Assembly (NCBI GenBank): GCA_050331735.1
Contig: JBHJGN010000038.1
Coordinates: forward strand, 1-37,382
Length of the DNA stretch: 37,382 nucleotides
Direction of reading: 5' to 3'
Source of the DNA: Cyanophyceae cyanobacterium
GTDB lineage: Bacteria; Cyanobacteriota; Cyanobacteriia; Cyanobacteriales; JBHJGN01
The notes beneath the pieces were generated by a model. That model saw only the letters and a list, made by a program, of their open reading frames with translations. It made no database searches and had not been told where the DNA came from. This document shows positions 1 through 9,544 of the stretch, piece after piece; positions within the stretch are counted from its first letter, which is position 1; each line of letters opens with the position of its first letter. Position numbers and translations under genes: made by a program.

Positions 1-116
1 TGCTGCCGCGAGATCTTAACTCGGCTGTACTGATTCAAAAAGTGGGGCTGGGCGTTCGCCTCACTATAAAACGCGAATCCCGTCAAGGGAGGAGAAGCCA
101 GCGTTGTACCGCCTAA
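1..116 (+). CDS. tnpB: TnpB (IS200/IS605 family RNA-guided nuclease), 3' end only, runs off the left edge
   Basis: The frame starting at base 3 reads LPRDLNSAVLIQKVGLGVRLTIKRESRQGRRSQRCTA* (TAA 114-116). RDLNSA matches the RuvC-III RDxNAA motif. Not in the ORF track. Confidence 0.8.
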   Translation, partial: LPRDLNSAVLIQKVGLGVRLTIKRESRQGRRSQRCTA

Positions 117-141
117 GCGGTCAACTTCTGGAGTACGTCAC
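1..141 (+). mobile_element. Right end of an IS200/IS605 (IS605/IS1341-like) element
   Basis: Subterminal hairpin CCAGCGTTGTACCGC-CTAA-GCGGTCAACTTCTGG (98-131) followed by AGTACGTCAC, ending in TCAC at 138-141, where similarity of the opposite-strand gene breaks off. Confidence 0.75.
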
Positions 142-357
142 ATAAAGAGTAGAACCGCTTGCCCACATCCCCATGCTGCGATTGAAGGTGCGCTCAAAAA
201 TAGACAAGCGACCGGAAGGCTGCAAACCCACAAAAAAAACTTTGCCAGCTTGATACGTAGTAAAGGCAAGGCTAATTTGTTGCTCTGTAAGCCAGGCAGA
301 AAGCTGGCGAGAGCCAGTTATTTCTAGGGAAGGAACAGATGTCTTTTGATCGTGCAT
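142..357 (-). pseudogene. TIGR03032/DUF4915-like protein, N-terminal fragment interrupted by the IS
   Basis: SLEITGSRQLSAWLTEQQISLAFTTYQAGKVFFVG...SIFERTFNRSMGM resembles the TIGR03032 N-terminus. The frame runs into the IS end after STLY and stops at 121-123. Confidence 0.75.
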
Positions 358-752
358 CGTGCCGTTTTCAGTCCCCGTGTATTGAGTAAAAGAATATTAC
401 ATTATAGGAAGTCCTCTAGCACGTCAAGCCAGGAGGGCACAATAAAAAGCTTGCTAGCCGGATTCAAAGGCAGAGCAAATCTCCATCCAAAAAGACGGGG
501 AAATGACCAATTTTAGACAAAAGTGAAAACAGAAGCTTTGATTCTTAGATTAGGAGCGACATTCTCCAATACAGCAGTACGCTGATGGGATATGTAAGCG
601 CAGTCAACAGAGGACAATCAACAATCAAAAAAGCTCAGTGATAAAATTGCACTTTCTATTTGTATCTATATATTCTATTGACTGGAGCAAGAGTTGATCG
701 GGAGAATATGAAAACTGCACGGCACTTATTCTTCCTGCGGAGTTAATTGTCT

Positions 753-1637
753 ATGGGACGCGGACTGTTTGTTGGAGCGATCGCTCTCGACTTAATTTAT
801 CTGGTAGAAAGCTTTCCCAACAGCAACCAAAAGATCGTTGCCCTCCAGCAAGCAGTGTCAGCAGGAGGTCCGGCAACCAATGCCGCCGTCACCTATGGCT
901 ATTTGGGAAACCGAGCCAAACTCGTCGGCGTGATTGGGTCTCATCCGGTCAGCCAGCTCATTCACGGCGATCTCAAAGCTCATGCTGTTGACATTCTAGA
1001 TTTAGAGCCAAATCGCTCAGAATCGCCGCCAGTCTCCTCGATTATCGTCACTCAAAAGTCAGGCGATCGCGCCGTTATTGCCATCAACAGCACCAAACGA
1101 CAGGCAGCGGTCGAGCAACTGCCACCAGAAATTCTCCAGAGAGTGGATGTTGTACTCATTGACGGTCATCAACTGGCTATTAGTCGGGCGATCGCCCAGC
1201 AGTCTTCGGTTCCCGTCGTTCTCGATGGAGGAAGCTGGAAGGAAGGATTAGAAACAGTGCTGCCGTTTATTGATTACGCGATCTGTTCGGCCAACTTTTA
1301 TCCTCCTGGTTGTGACACTCATCAAGAAGTCATTACCTGCTTAAAAGACGCAGGCATTACCAAGATTGCCATTACCGGAGGCGAAGCCCCAATTCAGTAC
1401 AGTGACGAAGGCAACAGCGGTACGCTTACAGTTCCCTCTATTCAGGCCGTTGATACCCTCGGCGCTGGCGATATCTTTCACGGAGCCTTCTGTTACTATA
1501 TTCAGCAACAGGAATTCGTCGGCGCTCTTGCTGCCGCCGCTGAAGTGGCCTCCGCCTCGTGTCAGTTTTTCGGCACTCGGCAGTGGATGCAGCAACATGA
1601 TAAAAAGAAGGATACACAAGGCAAGGAGAGACGATGA
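753..1637 (+). CDS. PfkB/ribokinase-family sugar kinase
   Basis: GGPATNAAV and DTLGAGDIFHGAF PfkB signatures. ATG at 753 preferred over TTG at 747. Confidence 0.92.
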   Translation: MGRGLFVGAIALDLIYLVESFPNSNQKIVALQQAVSAGGPATNAAVTYGYLGNRAKLVGVIGSHPVSQLIHGDLKAHAVDILDLEPNRSESPPVSSIIVTQKSGDRAVIAINSTKRQAAVEQLPPEILQRVDVVLIDGHQLAISRAIAQQSSVPVVLDGGSWKEGLETVLPFIDYAICSANFYPPGCDTHQEVITCLKDAGITKIAITGGEAPIQYSDEGNSGTLTVPSIQAVDTLGAGDIFHGAFCYYIQQQEFVGALAAAAEVASASCQFFGTRQWMQQHDKKKDTQGKERR

Positions 1638-2497
1638 CAGCAACGAGCATTAATTCGATGAGACTAGACGATCTGTTGGCGATCGCCCGTTCGGTAAGCT
1701 GGGGAGCAACTGACATTCTCCGCTCTTACTATCGAGAGGGAACAACCGTTCAAGACAAAAAAGATGGTCCTGTGACCACAGCAGATCTGGCCGCCAACCG
1801 CTATATTCTCGAAAAACTACAGGGCGCTTTGGGCACTCAAGATTTCGGCTTCCTCAGTGAAGAAACACACAAAGGAACCACTCCCTTATCTAATCCCTGG
1901 GTATGGATCATTGACCCGCTAGACGGAACGCGAGATTTTATCGATAAAACTGGGGAGTACGCGATTCATATTGCTCTGGCCTACGAAGGAAGACCAATGC
2001 TCGCTGTTGTGGCAATTCCCGAAGACGATAAAATTTACTACGCGACTAAAGGCAAAGGAACCATTGTAGAGACTCGGGACGGAGATGTTCAGCCGATTCG
2101 AGTTTCTGAGCGCAGTCAGATCGAGGACTTATACCTCGTTGTCAGTCGTACCCATAGAGACGAGCGCTTCCAGAAATTGATTGACAGGATGCCGTTTAAA
2201 GACCGTAATTACAGAGGCAGCGTTGGCGGCAAAGTGATGACGATGCTAGAAAAGCAGTCTGATGTCTATATCTCTCTTTCCGGTAAATCTGCGGCCAAAG
2301 ACTGGGATTTTGCGGCTCCAGAACTGATTCTCACTGAAGCGGGCGGAAAATTTTCTTACTTTAACGGAGATCCGGTTCTCTACAATCAAGGAGACGTAAA
2401 AAAGTGGGGAGGCATTATGGCCAGTAATGGGCACTGTCACGAAACTCTCTGCGAGATGGCAACAGAAATCCTTAAGGAAATTGACGGCGAGTCGTAG
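1634..2497 (+). CDS. cysQ: 3'(2'),5'-bisphosphate nucleotidase CysQ (inositol monophosphatase family)
   Basis: PVTTAD, LSEE, WIIDPLDGTRDF and WDFAA motifs. ATGA overlap with the kinase gene; alternative start at 1658. Confidence 0.88.
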   Translation: MTATSINSMRLDDLLAIARSVSWGATDILRSYYREGTTVQDKKDGPVTTADLAANRYILEKLQGALGTQDFGFLSEETHKGTTPLSNPWVWIIDPLDGTRDFIDKTGEYAIHIALAYEGRPMLAVVAIPEDDKIYYATKGKGTIVETRDGDVQPIRVSERSQIEDLYLVVSRTHRDERFQKLIDRMPFKDRNYRGSVGGKVMTMLEKQSDVYISLSGKSAAKDWDFAAPELILTEAGGKFSYFNGDPVLYNQGDVKKWGGIMASNGHCHETLCEMATEILKEIDGES

Positions 2498-2558
2498 ATG
2501 AGTTGGGGAAAGACCATTAAAGAAAGTTAATCCCTTTCCCCTTCTTCTCCCTCTGCCC

Positions 2559-2987
2559 TTATTCAGGCAACCAGCTATCGTCCAACACCAATCCTAGATC
2601 GTAAGGGCAGGCTTCTGGAAAACCTGAAAGCTCCATTCCTGTTTGCTGTGCCGCTTTTCGGCGAGCTTTTTGATAGCTGCGTTTAAGCTGCTCGGCTGGA
2701 TAATCTTTAAGACTAGGACTATCTTGAATCGCCAGCTCGATTTGGGTGCGAGCGTCCGTAATAGAATCGAGCCAGCTATCCGAGCGACGCTGAGGCTGAT
2801 ATTGCCACTTGAGCAGATGGAGGAGGAGGCGAATTAATTGACTTGCAATCCCCCGCCGTTCGCTCTTGCTCAAATCTTCAACCTCCTCAATCAGTTGCTC
2901 TAGGTCGATCTCTTGCCAGCGACGGTTTCGCAAGAGCTGAGCTGTCTGTTGGACCCACAGGTTAAAGTCTGTTGTGTTAGCATCCAT
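2559..2987 (-). CDS. DUF29 family protein
   Basis: DFNLWVQQTAQLLR...LIEEVEDL...LLLHLLKWQYQP...SW...SPSLK...FPEACPY is the typical DUF29 pattern. ATG at 2987 chosen. Confidence 0.88.
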   Translation of the reverse strand: MDANTTDFNLWVQQTAQLLRNRRWQEIDLEQLIEEVEDLSKSERRGIASQLIRLLLHLLKWQYQPQRRSDSWLDSITDARTQIELAIQDSPSLKDYPAEQLKRSYQKARRKAAQQTGMELSGFPEACPYDLGLVLDDSWLPE

Positions 2988-3152
2988 CACTAATTTGTCT
3001 ACTGACACTGATTTAAGGTTTGATTTAAACAAAATCAGCTTTCTTACCTACAAATATAGCGTTTTTTGGTTTTATTTCCGTGTTTATCCTGTTATCGAAG
3101 AATATTGAGAAGCTTACTGTATTAAAGAACAGTTTAGAAGAAAAACTACCCC

Positions 3153-3425
3153 ATGCAGGCTCCGCTTATTCGTTTTTTGCAGAAAGATCTGGAGATTCCG
3201 GCAGATTCAATTGCGATCGCCCTACGGCAGTGTAAATTGACTCCCGATCAGTTGCCGATGATTCTCTGGCAATATGGTTTAATCACAATTGAGCAGTTAG
3301 AAAAAATTTTTGACTGGTTAGAAACTGAAACAGGTACACCCGATTCCAAGATCGCTATTTCCCTTCGCTCTCAAAATAGTGAATCGAAAACTGAACATTT
3401 ATCGGCACAAGATACAGCAACCTAG
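3153..3425 (+). CDS. DUF2949 family protein (copy 1, with C-terminal extension)
   Basis: LIRFLQKDL.I...SIAIALR...LPMILWQYGLITIEQLEKIFDWL. Confidence 0.85.
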   Translation: MQAPLIRFLQKDLEIPADSIAIALRQCKLTPDQLPMILWQYGLITIEQLEKIFDWLETETGTPDSKIAISLRSQNSESKTEHLSAQDTAT

Positions 3426-3691
3426 GCTCAATAAATCACGGGAATTTAGTCAGTTTGCTTTGATTAACCGTTGCGTATTGCTGATTTTCATCATTTGATA
3501 GAAGATTAAACCACCTCTTTTGGTTATCTTTTTCTACGGCATGTTTTAACAAAATTCAGTACCCAAAAATTCTAGCAGTCCTTCCAGCGCAGGAAGAATA
3601 TCTTGCAGCAGTAGGAGACAATTAATTATATCTATCAACAAAAAACAAGCATCTAAAACCAGACTTTATTAGCACAAAAACTGTCAGATAA

Positions 3692-4714
3692 GTGTTTGAC
3701 TCTTTAAGAATTAGCATTGGTGCGTTCGCGATCGCCGCTTTTGTGATTGCGCTGGTCGGAACTCGGTTAACAAAAGTTGCTGACCGCTTGGCCGATCGAA
3801 CCGGTCTAGGAGAAGCCGTTGTGGGGGCGTTATTCCTAGGCGGCAGTACTTCGCTACCGGGCATTGTTACCTCAGTCACGGCGGCGGCGGGAGGATATCC
3901 AGAGCTGGCAGTTAGTAATGCTTTGGGGGGCATCGCTGCTCAAACAGCTTTTTTGGCGATCGCCGATATTGTTTATAAAAAAGCTAATTTAGAACATGCG
4001 GCTGCCTCGGCTGCCAACTTAACCCAAGGTACGCTACTCATCAGTCTGCTCTCGATCCCGCTGCTGGCAACAGCAGTGCCTCAGCCAGCAATCTGGTCGA
4101 TTCATCCTGCTTCTTTTGTCCTGATTGCTGCCTATGGCTTTGGATTACAGCTTGTTTCTGCCGCTCAAACGAAGCCGATGTGGGGACCGAAACAGACGGA
4201 CCAAACGCGCACCGATGAACCAGAGGAAGAGATCGAGGGAACACGATTAACGAACCTGTGGCTGCGTTTTTTGTTCTATGCTGCAATGACGGCGGTAGCT
4301 GGCTTTGTGATTAGTCAATCTGGAGTTTCTATTGCTGAGCAAACCGGACTGTCTGAATCCGTTGTCGGCGGCTTGTTTACCGCTGTTTCTACCTCTTTAC
4401 CGGAATTGGTGACATCGATTGCGGCAGTACGACAGGGAGCACTGACGCTAGCGGTAGGAGACATCATCGGCGGCAATAGTTTTGATGTTTTGTTTATTGC
4501 CTTTGCCGACTTTGCCTATCGCGAAGGCTCTATCTATGGAGCGATAACCAATTCCCAAAGCTTTACTGTCGCCCTGACAATTCTAATGACAGGAATTCTC
4601 CTGCTGGGCTTGCTGCGACGAGAAAGACACGGCATTGGCAATATTGGTTTTGAAAGCGTTTTAATTCTGTTGCTTTATATTGGCGGCTTTGCGCTGCTAT
4701 TTATCGGAGTCTGA
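3692..4714 (+). CDS. Cation:Ca2+ antiporter (CaCA/YrbG-like Na/Ca exchanger family)
   Basis: Two alpha repeats (GSTSLPG..., STSLPELVTSIAA...AVGDIIGGN) and about 10 hydrophobic segments. Confidence 0.88.
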   Translation: MFDSLRISIGAFAIAAFVIALVGTRLTKVADRLADRTGLGEAVVGALFLGGSTSLPGIVTSVTAAAGGYPELAVSNALGGIAAQTAFLAIADIVYKKANLEHAAASAANLTQGTLLISLLSIPLLATAVPQPAIWSIHPASFVLIAAYGFGLQLVSAAQTKPMWGPKQTDQTRTDEPEEEIEGTRLTNLWLRFLFYAAMTAVAGFVISQSGVSIAEQTGLSESVVGGLFTAVSTSLPELVTSIAAVRQGALTLAVGDIIGGNSFDVLFIAFADFAYREGSIYGAITNSQSFTVALTILMTGILLLGLLRRERHGIGNIGFESVLILLLYIGGFALLFIGV

Positions 4715-4716
4715 AA

Positions 4717-4894
4717 GCGCCGCAGGCGCGGGAAAAAGGCAAAGTTGCTCCGCAACGGGAACAGGGCAAAGGGGAAGGGGGAAAGGGTGGCTGAATTAAC
4801 TTGTTCCCTAGCCCTATGTTCTTTCCCCGTCCCGGAGGGACAAATTTCCCCTTTCCCGTCGCATTTGCGACAATTTCCTCCTTCCCCTTTTCCC
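4717..4894. repeat. Modular purine/pyrimidine palindromic repeat, copy A (possible bidirectional terminator)
   Basis: GCGCCGCAGGCGC cap, GGGGAAA-like purine tract, TTGTTCCCTAGCCC spacer, then a pyrimidine tract with mini hairpins. Lies between convergent genes. Related copies at 19548 and 26342. Confidence 0.7.
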
Positions 4895-4905
4895 AGCAGC
4901 ACTGC

Positions 4906-6303
4906 TTAAATCAGCTCCCGCACATCGGCTACTTGTCCCTGCACCGCTGCCGCTACAACCATAGCTGGACTCATCAGCAGGGTGCGCCCCGTTGACGAGC
5001 CCTGACGACCTTTAAAGTTACGGTTAGAAGAAGAAGCGCTAATTTGGCTACCCTGAAGCTTATCGGGATTCATCGCCAGACACATCGAACAGCCCGGTTC
5101 GCGCCACTCAAACCCAGCCTGGAGGAAAATTTGATCCAGACCTTCGGCTTCGGCTTGCTGTTTGACTTGTTCTGAACCAGGAACGACAAATGCCTTGACT
5201 CCTTTAGCCACATGCCGTCCCCGCGCAAATCTGGCCGCCTCTTGCAGATCGCTCAGTCTCCCGTTAGTGCAGCTACCGATAAAGCAGACATCGACAGGAG
5301 TTCCCTTGATGGGCGCACCAGGGCTGAGGTGCATGTAGCTATAGGCTTGCTCGGCGATCGCCTGTTCGCTCTCCGGTAGCGTCTCGGGAGTTGGAATCGC
5401 TTCGCTGACTCCAATTCCTTGTCCCGGCGTGATTCCCCAGGTAACGGTTGGTTCGATTTCGGCGGCGTCAAAGGTGACGACATCATCGTACTCTGCATCG
5501 TCATCACTCCGAATGCTCTGCCACCACTCGACGGCTTGCTCCCAATTGGCCGGCGCAAACGGCCTGCCGAGGAGGTACTCAAACGTCACCGCATCGGGGT
5601 TAATATAGCCGCAGCGCGCTCCCCCTTCAATCGACATATTGCAGACGGTCATGCGTTCTTCCATGTTCATCTGCTCGAAGGTTGTGCCAGCATACTCATA
5701 GGCGTAGCCCACCCCACCCTTAACGCCCAGTTTGCGGATGATGTGGAGAATAACATCCTTGGCGTAGACTCCAGGAGCAAGAGCGCCGTTCACTTCAATC
5801 TTACGGACCTTGAGCTTAGACAGCGCTAAAGTCTGGGAAGCCAATACATCTCGAACCTGGGACGTGCCGATGCCAAAGGCGATCGCGCCAAACGCTCCAT
5901 GAGTAGAGGTATGGGAATCTCCGCAGGCCACGGTCATTCCTGGCTGCGTCAGTCCCTGTTCTGGGGCAATCACATGCACGATGCCCTGACTGCCAGAGCC
6001 AACATTGTAGAACCGAATGCCGGTGTCTCGACAGTTTTTTTCGAGGGCTTGGATCATCTCCTCTGCCAAGACATCTGCAAACGGACGAGCCTGGTTTTCC
6101 GTCGGCACAATATGATCGACTGTGGCTACCGTCCGTTCGGGATAGAGTACCGTCAGTCCCCGTTCCCGCAGCATGGCAAAGGCTTGCGGGCTAGTCACTT
6201 CGTGAATGAGGTGTAAACCAATAAATAGCTGGGTTTGACCCGATGGCAATGTGCCTACGGTGTGTAAATCCCAAACTTTGTCGAACAGCGTTCCTCTACT
6301 CAT
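4906..6303 (-). CDS. leuC: 3-isopropylmalate dehydratase large subunit
   Basis: [57 protein letters not shown]. True start is MSRGTLF at 6303. Confidence 0.97.
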   Translation of the reverse strand: MSRGTLFDKVWDLHTVGTLPSGQTQLFIGLHLIHEVTSPQAFAMLRERGLTVLYPERTVATVDHIVPTENQARPFADVLAEEMIQALEKNCRDTGIRFYNVGSGSQGIVHVIAPEQGLTQPGMTVACGDSHTSTHGAFGAIAFGIGTSQVRDVLASQTLALSKLKVRKIEVNGALAPGVYAKDVILHIIRKLGVKGGVGYAYEYAGTTFEQMNMEERMTVCNMSIEGGARCGYINPDAVTFEYLLGRPFAPANWEQAVEWWQSIRSDDDAEYDDVVTFDAAEIEPTVTWGITPGQGIGVSEAIPTPETLPESEQAIAEQAYSYMHLSPGAPIKGTPVDVCFIGSCTNGRLSDLQEAARFARGRHVAKGVKAFVVPGSEQVKQQAEAEGLDQIFLQAGFEWREPGCSMCLAMNPDKLQGSQISASSSNRNFKGRQGSSTGRTLLMSPAMVVAAAVQGQVADVRELI

Positions 6304-6466
6304 ATAAAGGTCAAATATTTTTCGTGTACGCACAGACTTATATATTAAGATACTAGCTTCTGACCTGGCGATCGCCAGGAGCCATAAAAGCAATGGGACT
6401 AACAGCTTCTGCTAGCATTGAATCAGAATAGATAACTTACACCCCGCTTACGCAAAACTTGCGAGT

Positions 6467-6645
6467 ATGACAGTCGAGCAACAGATAACAGACATCAGTG
6501 TTCATCATCTCAAACCGTTAGCCGACTAGTTGAGACAGCACAACGAGCTGCACAAGCTAGTGAAGCGGCTGTTGTTGCTCAAAGCAACCAAAATGCCATC
6601 CGAGATCTGATCGAAGAGTTACGGCAAAGAGAATATATCTATTGA
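6467..6645 (+). pseudogene. Possible frameshifted small coiled-coil protein
   Basis: MTVEQQITDISV... then, in a shifted frame, SQTVSRLVETAQRAAQASEAAVVAQSNQNAIRDLIEELRQREYIY*. Amphipathic helical pattern. Confidence 0.3.
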
Positions 6646-6751
6646 TACTCCGGGCCATCAATTTAAGTGATCAAAATGGATTGCCGATGAACCACCAGTT
6701 TTTAACGCAGAGAATTACTTGAAATTAGACTCTAAAATTGGATGGATTTAG

Positions 6752-7513
6752 TTACCCGTGGCGGTGAGTGAGAGAGTGGGGCACTTCTAAGCCATGATCT
6801 TCCATCAATGGTCGCTCTTTCATCACCTCTTGAGGAATACCATCGGCGACGATTTGTCCTTCGTCTAGGAGCAGAACGCGATCGCACACTTCTAGCACTA
6901 GCTCTAGGTCATGAGTGGACAGAATAAACGTTTGCTGAGAATTGGCCAAAAACCGAATCAGGCGACGACGCGCTCGCAAGTCGAGGTTAGCGGTTGGCTC
7001 ATCGTAGAGAATGAGCTGAGGACGCATCGCCAACACCGAGGCGATCGCCACCATACTCTTCTCGCCTCCGGAAAGATTCTGGGGAACTCGGTCGATCAAT
7101 TCGGCCACTCCAGTAGCTGTTAAAGACTCGCGAACGCGAGTTTCTATTTCCTTAGTATCCAGAGCCATATTTTTTGGGCCGAAGGCCACATCATCGCGGA
7201 CAGATGTAGTAAAGAGCTGATCGTTAGGATTCTGAAACACCAAGCCCAGTTCAGGACGAAATTCTCCAGTTTCCACAGCTCGACCAAACAGCTCAATTTC
7301 CCCTGCTACTGGCGTTAAAATCCCGCAAATCAGTAAAAACAAGGTGGTTTTACCGCTGCCATTTGGACCAATTAAACCAACCCGTTCTCCTGCACCAATT
7401 TGCAAACTGAGGTTTTCTAAAATGCTATCTTGCCCAGGATAAGCAAATGACAACTGAGAAATTCTCAGAGCTGCTGCTCCATCCCGATTAGATTCTTGAA
7501 TCAGTTGTGCCAT
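6752..7513 (-). CDS. cbiO: ECF transporter ATPase (CbiO/NikO)
   Basis: GPNGSGKTT, VFQNPNDQLF, LSGGEK, YDEPTANLD. Operon context. Confidence 0.92.
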   Translation of the reverse strand: MAQLIQESNRDGAAALRISQLSFAYPGQDSILENLSLQIGAGERVGLIGPNGSGKTTLFLLICGILTPVAGEIELFGRAVETGEFRPELGLVFQNPNDQLFTTSVRDDVAFGPKNMALDTKEIETRVRESLTATGVAELIDRVPQNLSGGEKSMVAIASVLAMRPQLILYDEPTANLDLRARRRLIRFLANSQQTFILSTHDLELVLEVCDRVLLLDEGQIVADGIPQEVMKERPLMEDHGLEVPHSLTHRHG

Positions 7514-7610
7514 AGAAGTCGTCAGCGGAAATTAAACTCTAAACTTCTGAGAGAAGATGGGGGAAAGGGCATTATTCATCAATGAACCATCAACAATCGA
7601 CGAACTGTAT

Positions 7611-8393
7611 CTACAAAAAAGCTTCTGCCGCTACAAACCCTGTCGCAACCAACAAAACAGACCAAAAAGCGATCTGGCTGTTGCGATCGGCTTCATAGAG
7701 ATCGCTAACAAATCCTTCTTGCTCGCTTTGCCTGCTGAGGGAGCCACCGTATCCCCGTAGCCGCATCGCTTGATACACTCGTTCCGAGCGGTCATAGCTG
7801 CGTATCAGCAAGCTTCCCGCTAAACCAGATAAAATTCTGATCGTTTTAACGCTAAAGCGATTGTCGAAGCCACGCATCTGCATCGCTCGCCGCATCGTTT
7901 TTTGGGTGTCGCTAAACTCTTCCAGGTAGCGATAGGCGAGGAGAGTCATATCTGCAATTACCTCCGGTAGCCTGAGCGATCGCATTGCTTGTACGCTGGT
8001 CATAAAGGGAGCCGTACCAAACAAAATTAAGCTCACCGTTAAAATGCACAAGAAGCGAGTGGCAATCAACAGCACTGCCTCCACTCCTTCTTGCTTAACC
8101 GGCAACGGTCCAATCTCAAATAATACCGTCGTCCCAGACGCAAACGGCAAGACAACGATAACTGCCAGAATAAATAAGCCTGGATAGTGCAGGCGATGGA
8201 GGAGAAACCCGAGCGGCAGTTTGGATAATCGGTACAGAGTCGCCGTCACTAGAATCATTGGCGGCAAGAGAATCAGACGATCAACAAAAGCAAACGCAAA
8301 GATCAAGGCAATGAGCGCCACCAATTTAGAGCGCTGTTCCCACCGATGGATGGGTGAATTTAAATTAACGTATCGATCTAGCCCTCGTTTCAT
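7611..8393 (-). CDS. cbiQ: ECF transporter T component (CbiQ/NikQ)
   Basis: SPIHRW..RSKL, LAYRYL, AMQMRGF, RSERVYQAMRLRGY. Confidence 0.92.
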   Translation of the reverse strand: MKRGLDRYVNLNSPIHRWEQRSKLVALIALIFAFAFVDRLILLPPMILVTATLYRLSKLPLGFLLHRLHYPGLFILAVIVVLPFASGTTVLFEIGPLPVKQEGVEAVLLIATRFLCILTVSLILFGTAPFMTSVQAMRSLRLPEVIADMTLLAYRYLEEFSDTQKTMRRAMQMRGFDNRFSVKTIRILSGLAGSLLIRSYDRSERVYQAMRLRGYGGSLSRQSEQEGFVSDLYEADRNSQIAFWSVLLVATGFVAAEAFL

Positions 8394-9034
8394 TTACTTT
8401 CTAACAGTTCCGGTTTGACGCGCTCTAAAAAGGAAGCCAGCATCATGGTGAAAATTCCCTCAATGATGGCGGGAATAGAATAAACCAGGAACGATAGGTA
8501 AACAGCGTTTCGCTCTGTTTGAGCATCTAGGTCAGAGGTAATTGTCGTAATCACAACAGTGGCAAAGATAGCAGCGGCAATCATCACGCCGCTTGCTCCA
8601 GCCACAAAGGCAAAAATTCTCGTTTTCTGTTGGTCGTTAATTTTTACTCGATGCCGTAGCCGAAAAATAGCGTAGGCAAATAGAGCGGGAATTCCCATAA
8701 TGACGGCATTGATTCCGAGGGTTGTGATGCCTCCGTGCTGAAACAGCATGGCCTGGAAAAACAGCGCCACCAAAATAGCCAAGAAAGCGTAGTACCCTAA
8801 CACAACTCCCATTAATCCATTCAGCACCAGATGAATGCTCGATGGCGGAACGGGAATATTGATGAGATTGACGACAAAGAAAGCGACAGTGAGCAGTGCC
8901 GCTTTCGGGATCTTGGCCTGGGGATTTTTTTCTTTGTTAATCTTGTGCAGACAGTACCAGGTTACGCCGCCTGTAATGGCATAGCCACCGACTAGGACAG
9001 TGGGAGAATCAATAATCCCGTCAGGAATATGCAT
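8390..9034 (-). CDS. cbiM: ECF Ni/Co S component (CbiM/NikM)
   Basis: N-terminal MHIPDG, SIHLVLNGL, FQHGGITTLG. Confidence 0.93.
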   Translation of the reverse strand: MHIPDGIIDSPTVLVGGYAITGGVTWYCLHKINKEKNPQAKIPKAALLTVAFFVVNLINIPVPPSSIHLVLNGLMGVVLGYYAFLAILVALFFQAMLFQHGGITTLGINAVIMGIPALFAYAIFRLRHRVKINDQQKTRIFAFVAGASGVMIAAAIFATVVITTITSDLDAQTERNAVYLSFLVYSIPAIIEGIFTMMLASFLERVKPELLESK

Positions 9035-9037
9035 AAT

Positions 9038-9517
9038 CTAATTTGTCTTTCTGCGGGCAAAAAAGAGCGCTGTGCCAAAAAATCCCCACACTCCTGCTGC
9101 CCCAAGTAACGCTTTTTGAGCGGTCATCGTCTCCTCTCGCTCGCCAGCCAGCCAGCTCAATGATGTATTCTCGCCCTGAGCCGCTTCCTCTTCCTGACCA
9201 GTAGAGGACACCGGAACTGTAATCAAGTCACCGTGACCTGCTTGGCGAACCTTGACTTCCCAGTTTCCGGGTTGGGAATAGTCGGGAGTGAAGGAAAAAA
9301 GTCCTTCTTCGTCAGTCGTTCCCGTCATCCAGGGGTCAGCGGGATTATCGGGAGCATAAACGGTCACTTGGGCATTTGCCATCGGCTGACCCCCCGCGTA
9401 GGCAGCATCAACCTGAACCGCCTGAACGTGACGATACTCAATATTTGTGCCGTGAGCCTGAGCTTCGGCGGACCAACCAATCATCGATAAGAGGAGGGGA
9501 AGACAATACTTGAACAT
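9038..9517 (-). CDS. Accessory ECF component (NikL/CbiL-like, carboxypeptidase-regulatory-like beta domain)
   Basis: Signal peptide ending AQA|HG, GTTDEEGLFSFTP..GNWEVKVRQAGHG, C-terminal transmembrane helix. 3-nt gap to cbiM. Confidence 0.75.
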   Translation of the reverse strand: MFKYCLPLLLSMIGWSAEAQAHGTNIEYRHVQAVQVDAAYAGGQPMANAQVTVYAPDNPADPWMTGTTDEEGLFSFTPDYSQPGNWEVKVRQAGHGDLITVPVSSTGQEEEAAQGENTSLSWLAGEREETMTAQKALLGAAGVWGFFGTALFFARRKTN

Positions 9518-9544
9518 TTCCGACAACACTAAACTTAAGTAGTT

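Noticed and set aside
4675..4995. ORFs 4675-4902 and 4801-4995
   Set aside because: Translations of the low-complexity purine/pyrimidine repeat.
4906..6303. leuC without an adjacent leuD
   Set aside because: Scattered pathway genes are common in cyanobacteria.
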